From positions 497 to 64,496 of the IMG/VR virus record IMGVR_UViG_3300035698_011749: a stretch of 64,000 bases of DNA; one strand, given 5' to 3'. Positions 40,696-52,055 of this stretch are shown here, in pieces; within the stretch, counting starts at the first letter, position 1, and each line of letters starts with the position of its first letter. The notes beneath the pieces are model-generated. The model saw only the letters and a program-made list of their open reading frames with translations, made no database searches and was not told the DNA's origin. The position numbers were made by a program, and so were the translations under genes. The stretch comes from a virus. Taxonomy: Duplodnaviria > Caudoviricetes.

Positions 40696-43419
40696 TTATT
40701 TCATCCCAGTTACGCAATTTAAAAGTTCTTCAATAGAACTTATTTGTCCATCATTTTCTATATAAGCATCATGTGCATCTATATCTACAGAATCATTTTC
40801 TGTCTTACCAGCCACAGATATAGGCATATTGATAGTAGTATTTTTAAGAGCTTCTATTTGTTCAGGCGAATATTCATCAATTTTTGGCACTTTCGGTGTT
40901 TCAGGAATAGCTATTCCACGCTTAACAAGCTCCCTGTCGGAGACACTACTCCCGTCCTCAAGCTCATAAATAGGAACAGGCTTGCCAGTCAAGGTGTCAA
41001 AGTACTTGAACGTAGCCTTCGGCGGAGCTTTGGCATTTTCACGGGTTTCAAACTGAACATCACCTATTTCTGCATCATAAGTAGCTTGTTGATCACGTTG
41101 CTGTTCTAATTGCTTTTCATTTTCTAATTGCTGTTCACTTTTGAACGTACTTGGTTCGCCTTCTGTCTTGGCGCGTTCTTCCGCAAGAACTTCTTGCCTA
41201 TAAGTTTCTTTATCAAAAATGACATTTGGCTCTACCTTACCGCCAAGTCTTTCAGTTGCTTTATCAATAAAAGTAGGGTCTTGTTGACCTAATATATGAG
41301 ATTCAGGAGTTTCAATTAATGTAGAACTAACTCCTTCATTAATAAGTTTTTCTCTATTAAGAAGTGTGCGCTGCTGAAAATCACGAATTAATTTATCAAT
41401 TTGAAATTTTTCTTCTGGTGTTTTTGCTAATGATTTAAGTTCTGCGATTTTTTGATTATGTCTTTCATCAAGTTCTTGTTCAGCAGGCCACCAAAGACTG
41501 TCAATTTGCTGCTGTCTTTCTTGCCCAGCTAAATCAATAGAATCAGGAATAAACTTTTGGGCTAAATGTAACTGATCTCTTTCATAAACTTTCCATTCTT
41601 CATCAATTGCTTGTTGAATTTCTTGAGAGCGTTTAATTTCTGAGGATTCTTTAATTTTCTTAATTCTTTTTTGTCGATTTATTTCTGCCTGTTTTTGATC
41701 TTTTATTGCCTGCTGTTCTCGATTCCAAACAAGTTCTTCTTTAGAATCTGCGGCTGGTATTTTAGTTTTTTTACGATCACCAAGCCAGTCTTTAAACATG
41801 GTTTGGTCCATTTTAGTAATATTGCCAAGACCTTTCCAACCTGGATCATAGTTGTTGAGATATAACTCTTTAGCAGCTTCTTCAGAATTAACTCCCATAA
41901 TTACTTTGTGTTCATCAAATTTACCAGTTTGTGGATCTATTTGGTCAACAATATAAACACGCGGACTTACTGTTGTGCCTGGCTTAATAAATACATCAAC
42001 TTGATCACCATCTTTTCCCTCAGTTCTGGCAAAATATCCATAATGACCAGCCATTTGAGTAGACCAGCTTTCTCCATCTTGATCTACTCCAGATCTAAAA
42101 GAGCCGGCAGGATTTTCAATTTTAATATCTAAATTATTTACTTTAATCGGAGCTTTTTTATAATTACCAGCTTCTTTTTGTTTGTCACTTGGATTAATAT
42201 TAACATCTTCTTTATTTATTTGATCATCAACATTTTCAAGACCAACTTCTTTCATTAGACGCTTTTGCAGCTTTGTTGACAAGTCAAGTTTTTTATTTAA
42301 ATTAGCAGTGACTTCTTCAACAGTTGTACCATAATCTTTAGTTCGACCAAGCACTGCTTGAGGATCATTTAACCAATTTTTAATAGCATCTACATCTTGA
42401 CCTATTTGAATAATTGATGCATTAATATTTTCTGACCCATTAGAAATGATGTTTTCAGCACGTTGATTTATTAACTTATCATCTTTTTGTGTCTGCTGCT
42501 TTTCAACTGCTTGAACAAAAGCATTTGCACCGCCACCCATTGCAACACCAGCCAACAATCCAGTTGCACCAGCCTTGCCTAAACCTTCATCTAATGGTTT
42601 GCCAAGCGCTGCATTAGACCAAACCTGCTCTTGAATAGATTGTGGTAATTCTTCTAAAACGCCTTCAGTAAAACCACCTTCAAGAATTCTTCGTGCAATA
42701 CCTTTATTGGATTTTTCAGCAAATTTACCTTTTGCAAGTAATGTATCAATATCACCGATCTTGTATTTTTGTGCAATTCTACCACTAATAGCTCCAATAA
42801 CACTGGTAATGGCACCAGAAGCAAGATTTTTAGCAATTTGTCCAGCAGTTAATGTACCAGTTTCAGTTTGTTGGCGTGTCTGTTCTGCTCCCATTCCAGC
42901 AGATACAGCACCTTCACCAATTGCACCAGCAATATATGGAGCAGCAACCATGCCAGTTTTTAACAAACCTTTTGCAATAGCAGTGCCACCAAACATAGAT
43001 GGAAGTGATTCAAGAACTGTATGTACAATTGTACTTGGATTTTCAATAGATGTAGCTAATGTATCTAAAAAGCCGTCAGCTTCGCTAACTTTTCTAAAAG
43101 CTTCTTTTTGCGGATCAGAATATAAACTACCAAGCATCCTATGTGTTTCTTTAGGATCATATCCAAGATATTCTAAACCTTTGCCAGCATAACCACCAGA
43201 AACAAGATCAGCTAAACCAACAGCAGTTTCACCAACACCAATAATGCTTTTAGCTGCAGTTACACCAACATCACCTACATAATCAGAAAAACTTCGATCA
43301 GTTGATCTTGGATCTATGCCAGGATTAACAATATTCAATCCTGAAGCTGATTGAGTAGTATCTTCATCCCATTTTATTCCAGCTTGCACTGGTTGTTCAT
43401 TATTCCAAGTAATAGGCAT
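40696..43419 (-). CDS. Ejection/polyvalent protein with inorganic-pyrophosphatase-like (InPase) domain
   Basis: QKEAGNYKK...IENPAGS.RSG...YGY....GKDGDQVDVF...DEHKV; Gly/Ala-rich N-terminal region. Confidence 0.75.
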   Translation of the reverse strand: MPITWNNEQPVQAGIKWDEDTTQSASGLNIVNPGIDPRSTDRSFSDYVGDVGVTAAKSIIGVGETAVGLADLVSGGYAGKGLEYLGYDPKETHRMLGSLYSDPQKEAFRKVSEADGFLDTLATSIENPSTIVHTVLESLPSMFGGTAIAKGLLKTGMVAAPYIAGAIGEGAVSAGMGAEQTRQQTETGTLTAGQIAKNLASGAITSVIGAISGRIAQKYKIGDIDTLLAKGKFAEKSNKGIARRILEGGFTEGVLEELPQSIQEQVWSNAALGKPLDEGLGKAGATGLLAGVAMGGGANAFVQAVEKQQTQKDDKLINQRAENIISNGSENINASIIQIGQDVDAIKNWLNDPQAVLGRTKDYGTTVEEVTANLNKKLDLSTKLQKRLMKEVGLENVDDQINKEDVNINPSDKQKEAGNYKKAPIKVNNLDIKIENPAGSFRSGVDQDGESWSTQMAGHYGYFARTEGKDGDQVDVFIKPGTTVSPRVYIVDQIDPQTGKFDEHKVIMGVNSEEAAKELYLNNYDPGWKGLGNITKMDQTMFKDWLGDRKKTKIPAADSKEELVWNREQQAIKDQKQAEINRQKRIKKIKESSEIKRSQEIQQAIDEEWKVYERDQLHLAQKFIPDSIDLAGQERQQQIDSLWWPAEQELDERHNQKIAELKSLAKTPEEKFQIDKLIRDFQQRTLLNREKLINEGVSSTLIETPESHILGQQDPTFIDKATERLGGKVEPNVIFDKETYRQEVLAEERAKTEGEPSTFKSEQQLENEKQLEQQRDQQATYDAEIGDVQFETRENAKAPPKATFKYFDTLTGKPVPIYELEDGSSVSDRELVKRGIAIPETPKVPKIDEYSPEQIEALKNTTINMPISVAGKTENDSVDIDAHDAYIENDGQISSIEELLNCVTGMK

Positions 43420-43421
43420 AT

Positions 43422-44786
43422 TTATTTACCATAAAAATACTGTCCAGTAGGTTGGCGTACATTATTTCGATTCCAATTATAGAGCAAATCTACATTTTCA
43501 GTTGGAGAAACATTAGATTGAATCATTCTTGGATCAAAAGCAGGTCCTTTATTAACAGGATTTTGATTAGTGAGTTGTGCTAATGGAGTTGGCACTGGAG
43601 CTGGCACTGGATTCTGCTTTGTTTGATTATTAATTATATTTCCATCTTCATCTCGCTCATTACCATCTTCATCAATAATCCTACCATCTTCTAAACGCTC
43701 TACTTTTTTTCCATCAGAAGCAGTTCCCAGAGTCTTTTTATTTGATGTAATTGACTGCCTTACTATTGAGGATACAGTATAATCATCTTCTTCACGAGTA
43801 AAATTAACATCTAAATTAAATGCCTTTGCATCTGCTTTAAGTTGTTGTGCTTTCTGTTCTGTTAAAGTTGGACCTGATATCATTCCTTGATATTCTATAA
43901 GCCCATGTTTTCCCAGTAAATTTTCTATATTTATTTGACTTTCTTCAGCTCGTTTGCGGTCTTCTGCAGCATTTTTTCTTAGCTCAAGACTTTCTTGTGC
44001 TATTCTTTCTTGATAAGTTGGTTGTCTTGTAGATGCTCTTACTTCTGCTCTATCTTCTGCGTCTATCTTATACTGATTCGCTATTAAGCCATCCAAATCC
44101 TTTTGAGCCTGGGCAATGCCTTGTTGAGCTTGCCTTAAAAATACAGGATTTTTTTCAAGATATGGCGCAGCTTGATTAAGTATTTTTCGTTTGTTCAGAA
44201 GTTCCCGTTTAGTCATGCCAATGGGATCATCTTTATATCTTTTAAGTTCAGCCTCATACGCCTTCATTTTACTTTCAGGCAATCCGCCTGCAGCTATTCT
44301 GTCCTCAAGTAGCCTACGAGGACTTGAATTCATTACAATAATCGACTGAAGAGCTTTCATGTGGGGAGCAACAATCTTATCAGATAGCATCTGTCCTGTG
44401 TCATTTCTTAATACGTTGCCCTTTATGGGATCAAAATGGACTCCATATCCAAGAGCCGAAGACAGCCCGTCATTACCTTCCATGATTCTCTTTGCCTGAA
44501 ATTCAGCTTCGGGAATGCTATTCGTTTTACCAATCCGCATAGTAAATGGAGCGTTCTCTTTAGTCTCACGGATACCCTTCACTCTTTCCATTTCATCAAT
44601 AATCGCAGTATCCTTAGTGTTTTGTAATTCTCGACTTTCTTGAGCAAATGCATCATTCCTGTCCAACATGTCAAGCCTACGATTCTGATAATCAATGTCC
44701 ATTCGCTTTTCAGCAAGGGAATTCAATCTGCCTCGATGCGATCCTATCTGTTCCGTGAGTCCCCTTAGTGCATTTGCTATTGGCAT
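43422..44786 (-). CDS. Putative internal virion/ejection protein
   Basis: Position and helical, charged composition. Confidence 0.5.
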   Translation of the reverse strand: MPIANALRGLTEQIGSHRGRLNSLAEKRMDIDYQNRRLDMLDRNDAFAQESRELQNTKDTAIIDEMERVKGIRETKENAPFTMRIGKTNSIPEAEFQAKRIMEGNDGLSSALGYGVHFDPIKGNVLRNDTGQMLSDKIVAPHMKALQSIIVMNSSPRRLLEDRIAAGGLPESKMKAYEAELKRYKDDPIGMTKRELLNKRKILNQAAPYLEKNPVFLRQAQQGIAQAQKDLDGLIANQYKIDAEDRAEVRASTRQPTYQERIAQESLELRKNAAEDRKRAEESQINIENLLGKHGLIEYQGMISGPTLTEQKAQQLKADAKAFNLDVNFTREEDDYTVSSIVRQSITSNKKTLGTASDGKKVERLEDGRIIDEDGNERDEDGNIINNQTKQNPVPAPVPTPLAQLTNQNPVNKGPAFDPRMIQSNVSPTENVDLLYNWNRNNVRQPTGQYFYGK

Positions 44787-44787
44787 T

Positions 44788-45186
44788 TTAATCTCCTAAA
44801 TCCATAATGATTCGTATATAAGGTTTTCCATTTGTATTTGTGAAATAACCGATAATCGTCCAACCTGTTTTTAAAGATGTTACAATCGCCCGTTTATTTT
44901 CTGTCTCTACCTGACCCAATAAGAATCGAATCCCACTATCTTTCATGTTTTTCCAAACTTGTTTAGCGAATTTGTATGAGAAATTCTTTTTGCTTTTTGC
45001 TGTCCTTTGAATATAGAAAGTCCGAGCGTCATGGAAATACCCTGAGATAAAGCCCTTGTATTCATCGCCATCATAAACCAGATAGACAATGGCCGGAACA
45101 TGGTACGGGTCTGGAGGAAAAGCCCTGTCATGGAGAATCCGATATTTCTCTCTGATATCGCTTATATTATATTTTTCGATTCTCAT
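44788..45186 (-). CDS. GNAT-fold protein in the virion module
   Basis: V..ENKRAI....KTGW motif B pattern. Confidence 0.55.
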   Translation of the reverse strand: MRIEKYNISDIREKYRILHDRAFPPDPYHVPAIVYLVYDGDEYKGFISGYFHDARTFYIQRTAKSKKNFSYKFAKQVWKNMKDSGIRFLLGQVETENKRAIVTSLKTGWTIIGYFTNTNGKPYIRIIMDLGD

Positions 45187-47252
45187 TTGCCGCCTGCGCC
45201 ACCAGCACCGCCATCTTGACCTGGGGCAGAATAACCGACACTTGGTCCTGCCTCAAAACTCATACCGCCACCATCTCCACTGCCGCCGCCCTCTCCCCAT
45301 GATGAATAATTATTGCCGGAGTTGCCATACCCTTCGGCCCCGATCTCGCCCACCGCGTTCCCGTCAGCATCAAAGCCTGGAGAACCGATTGCAAGATCCC
45401 ATCCGGGCGTCTGAGGTTCAGCATCAATGGAGCCCTTTGGAGCAGGTACTGGAGCCGGGGGAGTGTTATAGGCGTATAGGCCATTAACGCCTGGGCCTTC
45501 ATTATTTCCAAAATTAGCAGATTCTGCCGACGCCATTGCATCTGCATCGTAAGACGCTGTTATACCTTCGCCTTCGCCTATCTGTCCCAAAGAATGTCCC
45601 AGTCTTCCCAGTCCAAGACCAGTTGAAATTAAATTTGCAAGCCCAGAAGCAGGTCCCAACATCATTGGGCCTATCCCTTTCCCTACTGCAAGCATGGCTT
45701 CCGTGGGAGATAGGCCCTTTCCGCCTTGGTTGGTAGGTCCGGTAAGGCTGGAATCAGATCCTGAATAGGCATCTAACCCCGCCATGCCACCACCATCACC
45801 ATTATACATTTCAGGTGTACTTGCAGGCTTTAAAGAAGCAAGGCTCTGCGCTTGTTGTGGTTTCACGTTCAACGCTGCAATCTGTTTATCTAAATCGGCT
45901 AACTTGCTTGTTGTGTCAGATTCAAGCTGTGCCAATCGAGGGTCTGCACCAGGAATACTTGCAGGGTTTACAATATTATTCAAGCCAAGCCCTGCCTCTG
46001 CTACTCTACTGCGTAATCCTCTTATCTTGGGTATCTGATATGCTGTTCTTCCTGATAATGAAAACGGCATTTTTTATCCCCTATTTACTTACCATAAACC
46101 AATAATGTCATCAATTATACTTCCAGCAAAACTACCAGAAGTCAAAGCCTGTGTACCAAGTCCTGCAGCTAATGCACCACCATATTGAACCATTGGTTTT
46201 TGCTTTCTGAGAGCGTATGCAGTTCCTGCCCCCGCTAAAGCACCCGCCCCAAGAGATCCTGCAGAATATTGCCCTGCCCCTGGTCCTATTTTATTATAAT
46301 CCTTCAATAATCCCAGTCCCTGCATTCCAAGTCCTGCGGCACTTATTCCAGCTGATATGTTTCCCTGGGTTTCAGTAAGCTCCTGTCTTTTTCTTTCAAG
46401 CTCGGCCTGTTTTCCAGCAATCGCTTCATTAGACTTCAGAGACGCAGCTGACAATACCCTGTTCAATTCGTTTTCACTTGAGGATATTCTTTCGCTTGAT
46501 TCTCTATTAAGTTTGGCAAGGTCGGCTGTTTGTTCCAGTCCCCTGTTTTGAAGAGCTGCTTCTTCTGCAGCTTGCTTATTTGCGTTCTTTATGGCGTAAA
46601 GAGCCGGAAGTCGAGTAGCCGATTCTGAAATCAAATCACTCATATACAGAGACGGTTTTCTCTTGCCATATCTCAAAGCTGATTGTCCTAATAGTGACAT
46701 TGTGTTCTCCTATTATCTCGGTGGTGCAGCATAATTATTAATAGGTGCATTATAATCATTAATAGGTCTATATCTGAGTCTCTTTAATGATTCAAGTTCT
46801 TCCTTTTCCTTCATGTTTATGAGAGCCTGCAAAGGAACTCCAGCTCCTGATATTAATGCTGATGGAAGCACTTGAGATTTGTCATATTCAAACGCAGCTC
46901 TTTTCAAATCAAGCCTACCATCATCAATTCCTTGCCTTGATTCTATTCCTGCAAGGCCGGTTTCTCTGCGGGTCAAGTCTGATGCTTTCGACATGCTTTC
47001 TCGTGATGCAATATTGGCCTTACTCGTATCCCCTGTCAAGGCTAATCTCTTTTCTTCCCGAGCAAGAAGAGCATTTCCACGTTCTTTATCAGCGCCGTGT
47101 TTAGCCAAGGTAATGTATTTGTCCATCTGTAATCCAGCATCTTTAGTCAAAAGACTTGATACAAGATTTGCATAATTGTCACCCTCACCCATTATGCGCT
47201 GTATTTTCTTCTGTGTTCTTGAATCATTTGAATTAAAATTAAATGCTGTCAT
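45183..47252 (-). CDS. Three Gly/Ala-rich putative ejection proteins (45183-46070; 46089-46700; 46713-47252)
   Basis: Position after the nozzle gene; composition typical of podovirus internal proteins. Confidence 0.55.
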
Positions 47253-50011
47253 TTTCTATCCTCCCTCATATAGCCTTTGTTTTCTTGATAGCCCCATCCT
47301 AAAGGCTGAAATCCATTTGTCGTTTCGTCCGTGTCAATAGAAAACTTCAGTCTATGCCAATATCCTCTTAAATTCAGAGGATTAGTCTGTCGTCTGGAAA
47401 CATATGATCCGTCACTTATGTTGACAGCCATAATAGATGTTCCACTCTCAGATGTGTCCTTATAATGCGTTATTTGAACCGTAGCATCTTCTGTCGCAAC
47501 TCTGTTTGACAACCTAATCCTTCTCAATACAGTTTCGTTCCAGGCATTATTATCTAAGTAGAAATCTCCAGTTTCCACAGTCTGAGTAATGGCAGTTCCT
47601 ATCCAACTCGTACCACTTTCCAGCCTGACCATATACCCGGTATCTATTCCGCCATAAACATATTGATTTCCCTTCGTATCTATAACAGGAATCGCTATCT
47701 GGATATTTTCCGCATCACCTGTTGACTTGGTAAACCACTTTGCGAAAGAGAAATTATAAACGAACCATAAATCACCCACCCTAAGATTCCATTCAGTATA
47801 TATTGGATCATACCATGCAAAAGCATTTTCAATATTATCAGATCCAACATAATTAGAATCATTTTGATCAAAATATGAATTAATTCCACGTAATGGTTTA
47901 GGGAATGAACCATCAAAAATATAAGGCCCAGATGGAGATAACCATACCAGAATATTTCTTTCTGGCTGTCCTTCCGACATAACGAATCCTATTTCAATAG
48001 ATGTAAGGGTAAACGGCGCTGGACATCCTAAATCATCAGATATTTTATGCACCGTAAATCTACTGGAACTTTCAGGATCGGGATTAGTGCCCAATATAGT
48101 ATAAAGCTCAGACCTCTTGAATACTACAAGCTGACTGTAAATCTGACTGCCAAATCTATTAAAGACAGACTTTGCGGTAATTATTTCTTCAGCACCACCA
48201 ACAAATAGGGATTGCCTCATATTGTCACTTGAATCCCTGCCATTCCATACCTCTGGTGCATTCACGGAGGAAAAGTCAATCCTGTTTGGAGTATTGCCTT
48301 TTAAATAGCCAAATAGAAACACCCTATTTAAATGCAGAGCTGAAAACTTAAAATTATACAATTTGTATGGTGCTGTAATACCATAAATCCTATCTATTAT
48401 TACAGCGTCTTCTGAAGCGTCTGTTCCACCTAAAGTTCCACCATAACTTATCTTGTAAAAATACCCAAACTGCCCGAACTTGTACTGCGTGTATTCATCT
48501 TCATGCGCCGGAGGATGCCATGATAATGCACCAGATTGACCTAATGGCGTGACCCCTGTAATATCTGCCGTATTATCATACGTTACCCCTGAAGCAGTAT
48601 ATGATGTTCCGTCCCAGTACGCAATAGTAGTATTAGGTCCAAAAGCGTTAGTGTTTCCTGATAACATTTCAAAATATAAAGCCTGAAGCCTATCTTCAAA
48701 ACCGACTATTATATGATCTGTAGATTTTAGATTTCCAACTTCAGCACCTATTGGAAACAGGTCACTTGAACCTTCATTCACCTCAAGGGTAAAGTCCTTA
48801 TACTCCCCACTCCTACTTACCTGAAACGCTATAGAAGTTCTATTTACTTGATCCCATAAATCTACTAAATCCTGCCATGGAGTCGCTAATTTTACATTAT
48901 AAATAACTGCCGAACCAGCCGAAAGCTGGCCTACGTACCAATATAAAACCTGGCCCAAAAGGTATTTTGGTTTTGAAGTCTCTACCGTAGATGGAAAAGA
49001 TACCTGCCCGTCAGCGGAAAGTCCTGCCGTACCGTCCGTTTCCGCCAACTCAACCCAGGTGGTTCCGCTCGTCCCTCTCCACTCTGAGAATTTTACAAAG
49101 GCTCCAGCCGTAGCATTTACTGATTGATTATAGAAACTTACACCAGAAATGGGTCTTGTAGCTCCAACCAGAAAATAAGCGGTTCCTCCAGAAGCATCAA
49201 TCGTAACTCTTTCAAGGGATGTGTCGTATTCATTATTTACTTGTGCTGTAAAGTCTTTAGGGGATGTAATGTATTCTGTAATGCCAGAAGAGGACAGAAT
49301 GAACGTTCCAACTCTGGTTTCATTCCCGCCCCATATTTGAGATTCCACACCATTGGAGTAAATCACATGCCCCATTGGAGCATCAGAAAACCGTGCCCTT
49401 GGAGTGCTATATGTCAAAACTTGCGCTACTGAAATAGATCCAAATGTCGTTTTATGAGTCGTTCCAGTTGAAGATGCTACCGTGGCGAACTTAGTTTTGT
49501 GTGCAGTTCCAGTTGTGGAATTTATGCTTCCAAATTTTGTGTTATGACCATAAGTCCCTGTAAATATCCCAAATGATATATCTGAATGTATTTCAGTAGT
49601 GTCAAAATTCCCTTGATCCGGTATCGCTGTTTGATTGTCGTAAACTTTACTTTGCGTACCATCATAATTATAAAACTGCATTAAAACATGGGATTCACTC
49701 GGATAATCCTTATTGAAATGGAACCCGGCCCTCGGTAAGTAATTATTAATATTATTGATCGTAGTGTTTATATAGGAGTAACCATTTACACCCTCTAAGC
49801 CTTTTTCGATAGGTCTTAAATTCGTTTGGGTTTTATAACCATTAAGTCCTATCAGTTCAGACTTGACATCCGGCAACCACATCTTGTCGAACTGGAAATA
49901 TGAATTACTCAGAACTTCAGGTTGAACCCTTGTGGCCTGTTGTGCATTGACGGCAAGGAAGGCCCCCAAAACGAGCGTAATTATAATAATCGGTATCCAT
50001 CGGGTTTTCAC
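47249..50011 (-). CDS. Tail nozzle / stabilisation protein (P22 gp10 or T7 gp12-like beta-propeller) with Sec signal peptide
   Basis: HLNRVFLFG...RIDFS...PEVW, LVVFK...GC.AP; MKTRWIPIIIITLVLGAFLAVNA leader. Confidence 0.7.
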   Translation of the reverse strand: MKTRWIPIIIITLVLGAFLAVNAQQATRVQPEVLSNSYFQFDKMWLPDVKSELIGLNGYKTQTNLRPIEKGLEGVNGYSYINTTINNINNYLPRAGFHFNKDYPSESHVLMQFYNYDGTQSKVYDNQTAIPDQGNFDTTEIHSDISFGIFTGTYGHNTKFGSINSTTGTAHKTKFATVASSTGTTHKTTFGSISVAQVLTYSTPRARFSDAPMGHVIYSNGVESQIWGGNETRVGTFILSSSGITEYITSPKDFTAQVNNEYDTSLERVTIDASGGTAYFLVGATRPISGVSFYNQSVNATAGAFVKFSEWRGTSGTTWVELAETDGTAGLSADGQVSFPSTVETSKPKYLLGQVLYWYVGQLSAGSAVIYNVKLATPWQDLVDLWDQVNRTSIAFQVSRSGEYKDFTLEVNEGSSDLFPIGAEVGNLKSTDHIIVGFEDRLQALYFEMLSGNTNAFGPNTTIAYWDGTSYTASGVTYDNTADITGVTPLGQSGALSWHPPAHEDEYTQYKFGQFGYFYKISYGGTLGGTDASEDAVIIDRIYGITAPYKLYNFKFSALHLNRVFLFGYLKGNTPNRIDFSSVNAPEVWNGRDSSDNMRQSLFVGGAEEIITAKSVFNRFGSQIYSQLVVFKRSELYTILGTNPDPESSSRFTVHKISDDLGCPAPFTLTSIEIGFVMSEGQPERNILVWLSPSGPYIFDGSFPKPLRGINSYFDQNDSNYVGSDNIENAFAWYDPIYTEWNLRVGDLWFVYNFSFAKWFTKSTGDAENIQIAIPVIDTKGNQYVYGGIDTGYMVRLESGTSWIGTAITQTVETGDFYLDNNAWNETVLRRIRLSNRVATEDATVQITHYKDTSESGTSIMAVNISDGSYVSRRQTNPLNLRGYWHRLKFSIDTDETTNGFQPLGWGYQENKGYMREDRK

Positions 50012-50424
50012 TTAGTCACCCCGGATTCAACTTTTTCAATAATCCCGAATATTGTTTTTTTATCCTTTTTAGCTTCCAGGTCGGTCTTTAACTTCGGCCT
50101 AAACCCATCTTTTTCCGTCCTGATCTCTGACGGACTGGCTTGATATGTTACGCTACCGGTTTTTAACAGGGCATCAATGGCGGCTTGGTCCCCCTCGACC
50201 AATACAAGTAAATCAGTGCCTTTTTCAAATCGCTTCAAAACCTGCACTTTTGAGAAATCAGGCTTTACCCTACCATCCGATTTAAACGGATCAATACCGG
50301 GCCGGTTTCTCATGCCCGTTACAGAGGATAATGCGCGACCATTTCGAGGATCATAAAACCCCCTTGAAATCAATTTGAATTTAATCCAGGCTTCCATGGC
50401 TCTCCCTATGTAGTGATCGGACAA
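50008..50424 (-). CDS. Hypothetical protein in the tail module
   Basis: ORF track; coupled to its neighbours. Confidence 0.55.
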   Translation of the reverse strand: MSDHYIGRAMEAWIKFKLISRGFYDPRNGRALSSVTGMRNRPGIDPFKSDGRVKPDFSKVQVLKRFEKGTDLLVLVEGDQAAIDALLKTGSVTYQASPSEIRTEKDGFRPKLKTDLEAKKDKKTIFGIIEKVESGVTK

Positions 50425-51242
50425 GTATTAGACGCAGCAACAAAGTAAAGGTTCCCTGGTAAATAACGATTCGCAATTTGACCTATGGTCGGTGTTGTCC
50501 CACTTCCAAAATTGTCATAAAGAGTTGCAAACGTGAGCAACTTGCCCGCATCGAAATCCCCTATTGCAGTGGGTTTAGTGCCTACTGTCCACCCGGCATA
50601 GGTAGTGACTCCATCACAAAATAAGCAGGCATAAATAATGCTTCCGGTTGTGATATTGTCCGTAGATGCCTGTAGCTCAAACGCGTTTTCAACGTCCTCC
50701 AACTGGACATTGAACTTATCAGACCTTACATCTATTTGAACCGTGCAGTTTACACCACCGATTGTATAAGTAAACGTATCCCGATCATCATACCCGGCCC
50801 CGACATTGATCTTCATGCAAAAGAAATACTTCGTCTGGCCCTTAAAGATACTGTCAAACCAATTTGTAGTCATTGTCCCATAATCACTCGTTCCATCCAG
50901 CAACCTGGACGGCGGGGAGCCTGTGGCCCCTGGCATACCGGGGGCGTTTCCTGCAGTAGTACAGACCAAATCAACGCCCGAGACTATCCCCTGGCCTGCT
51001 TCGTCGCCTCCGTCCACTGCGTTTTCAAGGAGCATTATGAAGTGGTCCGTCACGTCTTCAGTCGTTTCATCCCAATCGGCCCAGGATGGTGAACTGACCC
51101 CTCCGCCACTGCTTACGACCGCTGGCAATATCCGCCACCCTCGGGCATCATTGACAGCCCCCATGCCGAGGCAGGCTATTCCGGCATATCCACCAATCTG
51201 GAAACAGGATTTCAAAAACTCTCTTCGGGTTTTATCGTTCAC
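50406..51242 (-). CDS. LamG/concanavalin-like beta-sandwich protein with Tat signal peptide
   Basis: TRREFLK twin-arginine motif followed by a hydrophobic h-region; LDGTSDY. Confidence 0.65.
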   Translation of the reverse strand: MNDKTRREFLKSCFQIGGYAGIACLGMGAVNDARGWRILPAVVSSGGGVSSPSWADWDETTEDVTDHFIMLLENAVDGGDEAGQGIVSGVDLVCTTAGNAPGMPGATGSPPSRLLDGTSDYGTMTTNWFDSIFKGQTKYFFCMKINVGAGYDDRDTFTYTIGGVNCTVQIDVRSDKFNVQLEDVENAFELQASTDNITTGSIIYACLFCDGVTTYAGWTVGTKPTAIGDFDAGKLLTFATLYDNFGSGTTPTIGQIANRYLPGNLYFVAASNTCPITT

Positions 51243-51262
51243 TTTATTGCATCCTTAAGAAT

Positions 51263-52033
51263 TTATTTTGACCCCACGGAAGGAGATCCACTTTCGTAAA
51301 CAATCCAAAATCCATCGGCTGGAGAAATAAGGCTTATCCCCTCCCCTGTTGTACCACTTGTGCTACTACTACTCAGGTAATAATAACTTGTTCCAGCACC
51401 CGTCCCCGCTGCGAAAGAAGAATAATTAAGTATTTTATCAGCGGCATTTATCTGAAACCATAAGGTGGAACCGCTTATCATATCGTTAACAAGATAAGCG
51501 ATTACGCTATCCCCTTTAGTCGCGGCGGCGGCTATGCAAGTGACTTCAGAAGAAGCATACATATTCGTAACAATACCGCCACGTTGGGACACTCCTGATA
51601 GAGTTACCGTACCCGTTCTAACGTCAGTCGGGGGTATTTTTCCTGAAAGATATCCCGTTACTGCCGCATTGCCTTCAATTTCGATTGCGTCAATGTATAT
51701 TTTGGCAAGTTCCCATGCCGTTACTCCAGCACCGATATCATCAGGTAGAATAATATCAGGTGGATCCTCGAGAGGGTCACTAAATACAGCCATATAAAAA
51801 TACAGTCTTGACGTACCTGACTCCGCAACAATGGCTGTATCTTTAGGTCCAATACTAACCCCACTTACCGCACCATCAAGGGAATTAGCACCACTTCCAG
51901 ATAATGATGTAGCATACCAAACAGTAGCTGAATCATCATCATCTCCGGCAAAAGATAGTGCGGAAAATAATAACAGACATATTAAAACCAACGTACCTAC
52001 ACCTATTCTTCCACCTATAGTCCAGATTTTCAT
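51263..52033 (-). CDS. Ser/Gly/Thr-rich virion-module protein with Sec signal peptide
   Basis: ...LVLICLLLFSALSFA|GDDD. Confidence 0.7.
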   Translation of the reverse strand: MKIWTIGGRIGVGTLVLICLLLFSALSFAGDDDDSATVWYATSLSGSGANSLDGAVSGVSIGPKDTAIVAESGTSRLYFYMAVFSDPLEDPPDIILPDDIGAGVTAWELAKIYIDAIEIEGNAAVTGYLSGKIPPTDVRTGTVTLSGVSQRGGIVTNMYASSEVTCIAAAATKGDSVIAYLVNDMISGSTLWFQINAADKILNYSSFAAGTGAGTSYYYLSSSSTSGTTGEGISLISPADGFWIVYESGSPSVGSK

Positions 52034-52055
52034 TACTAAAACCTCTTAATAAGAT

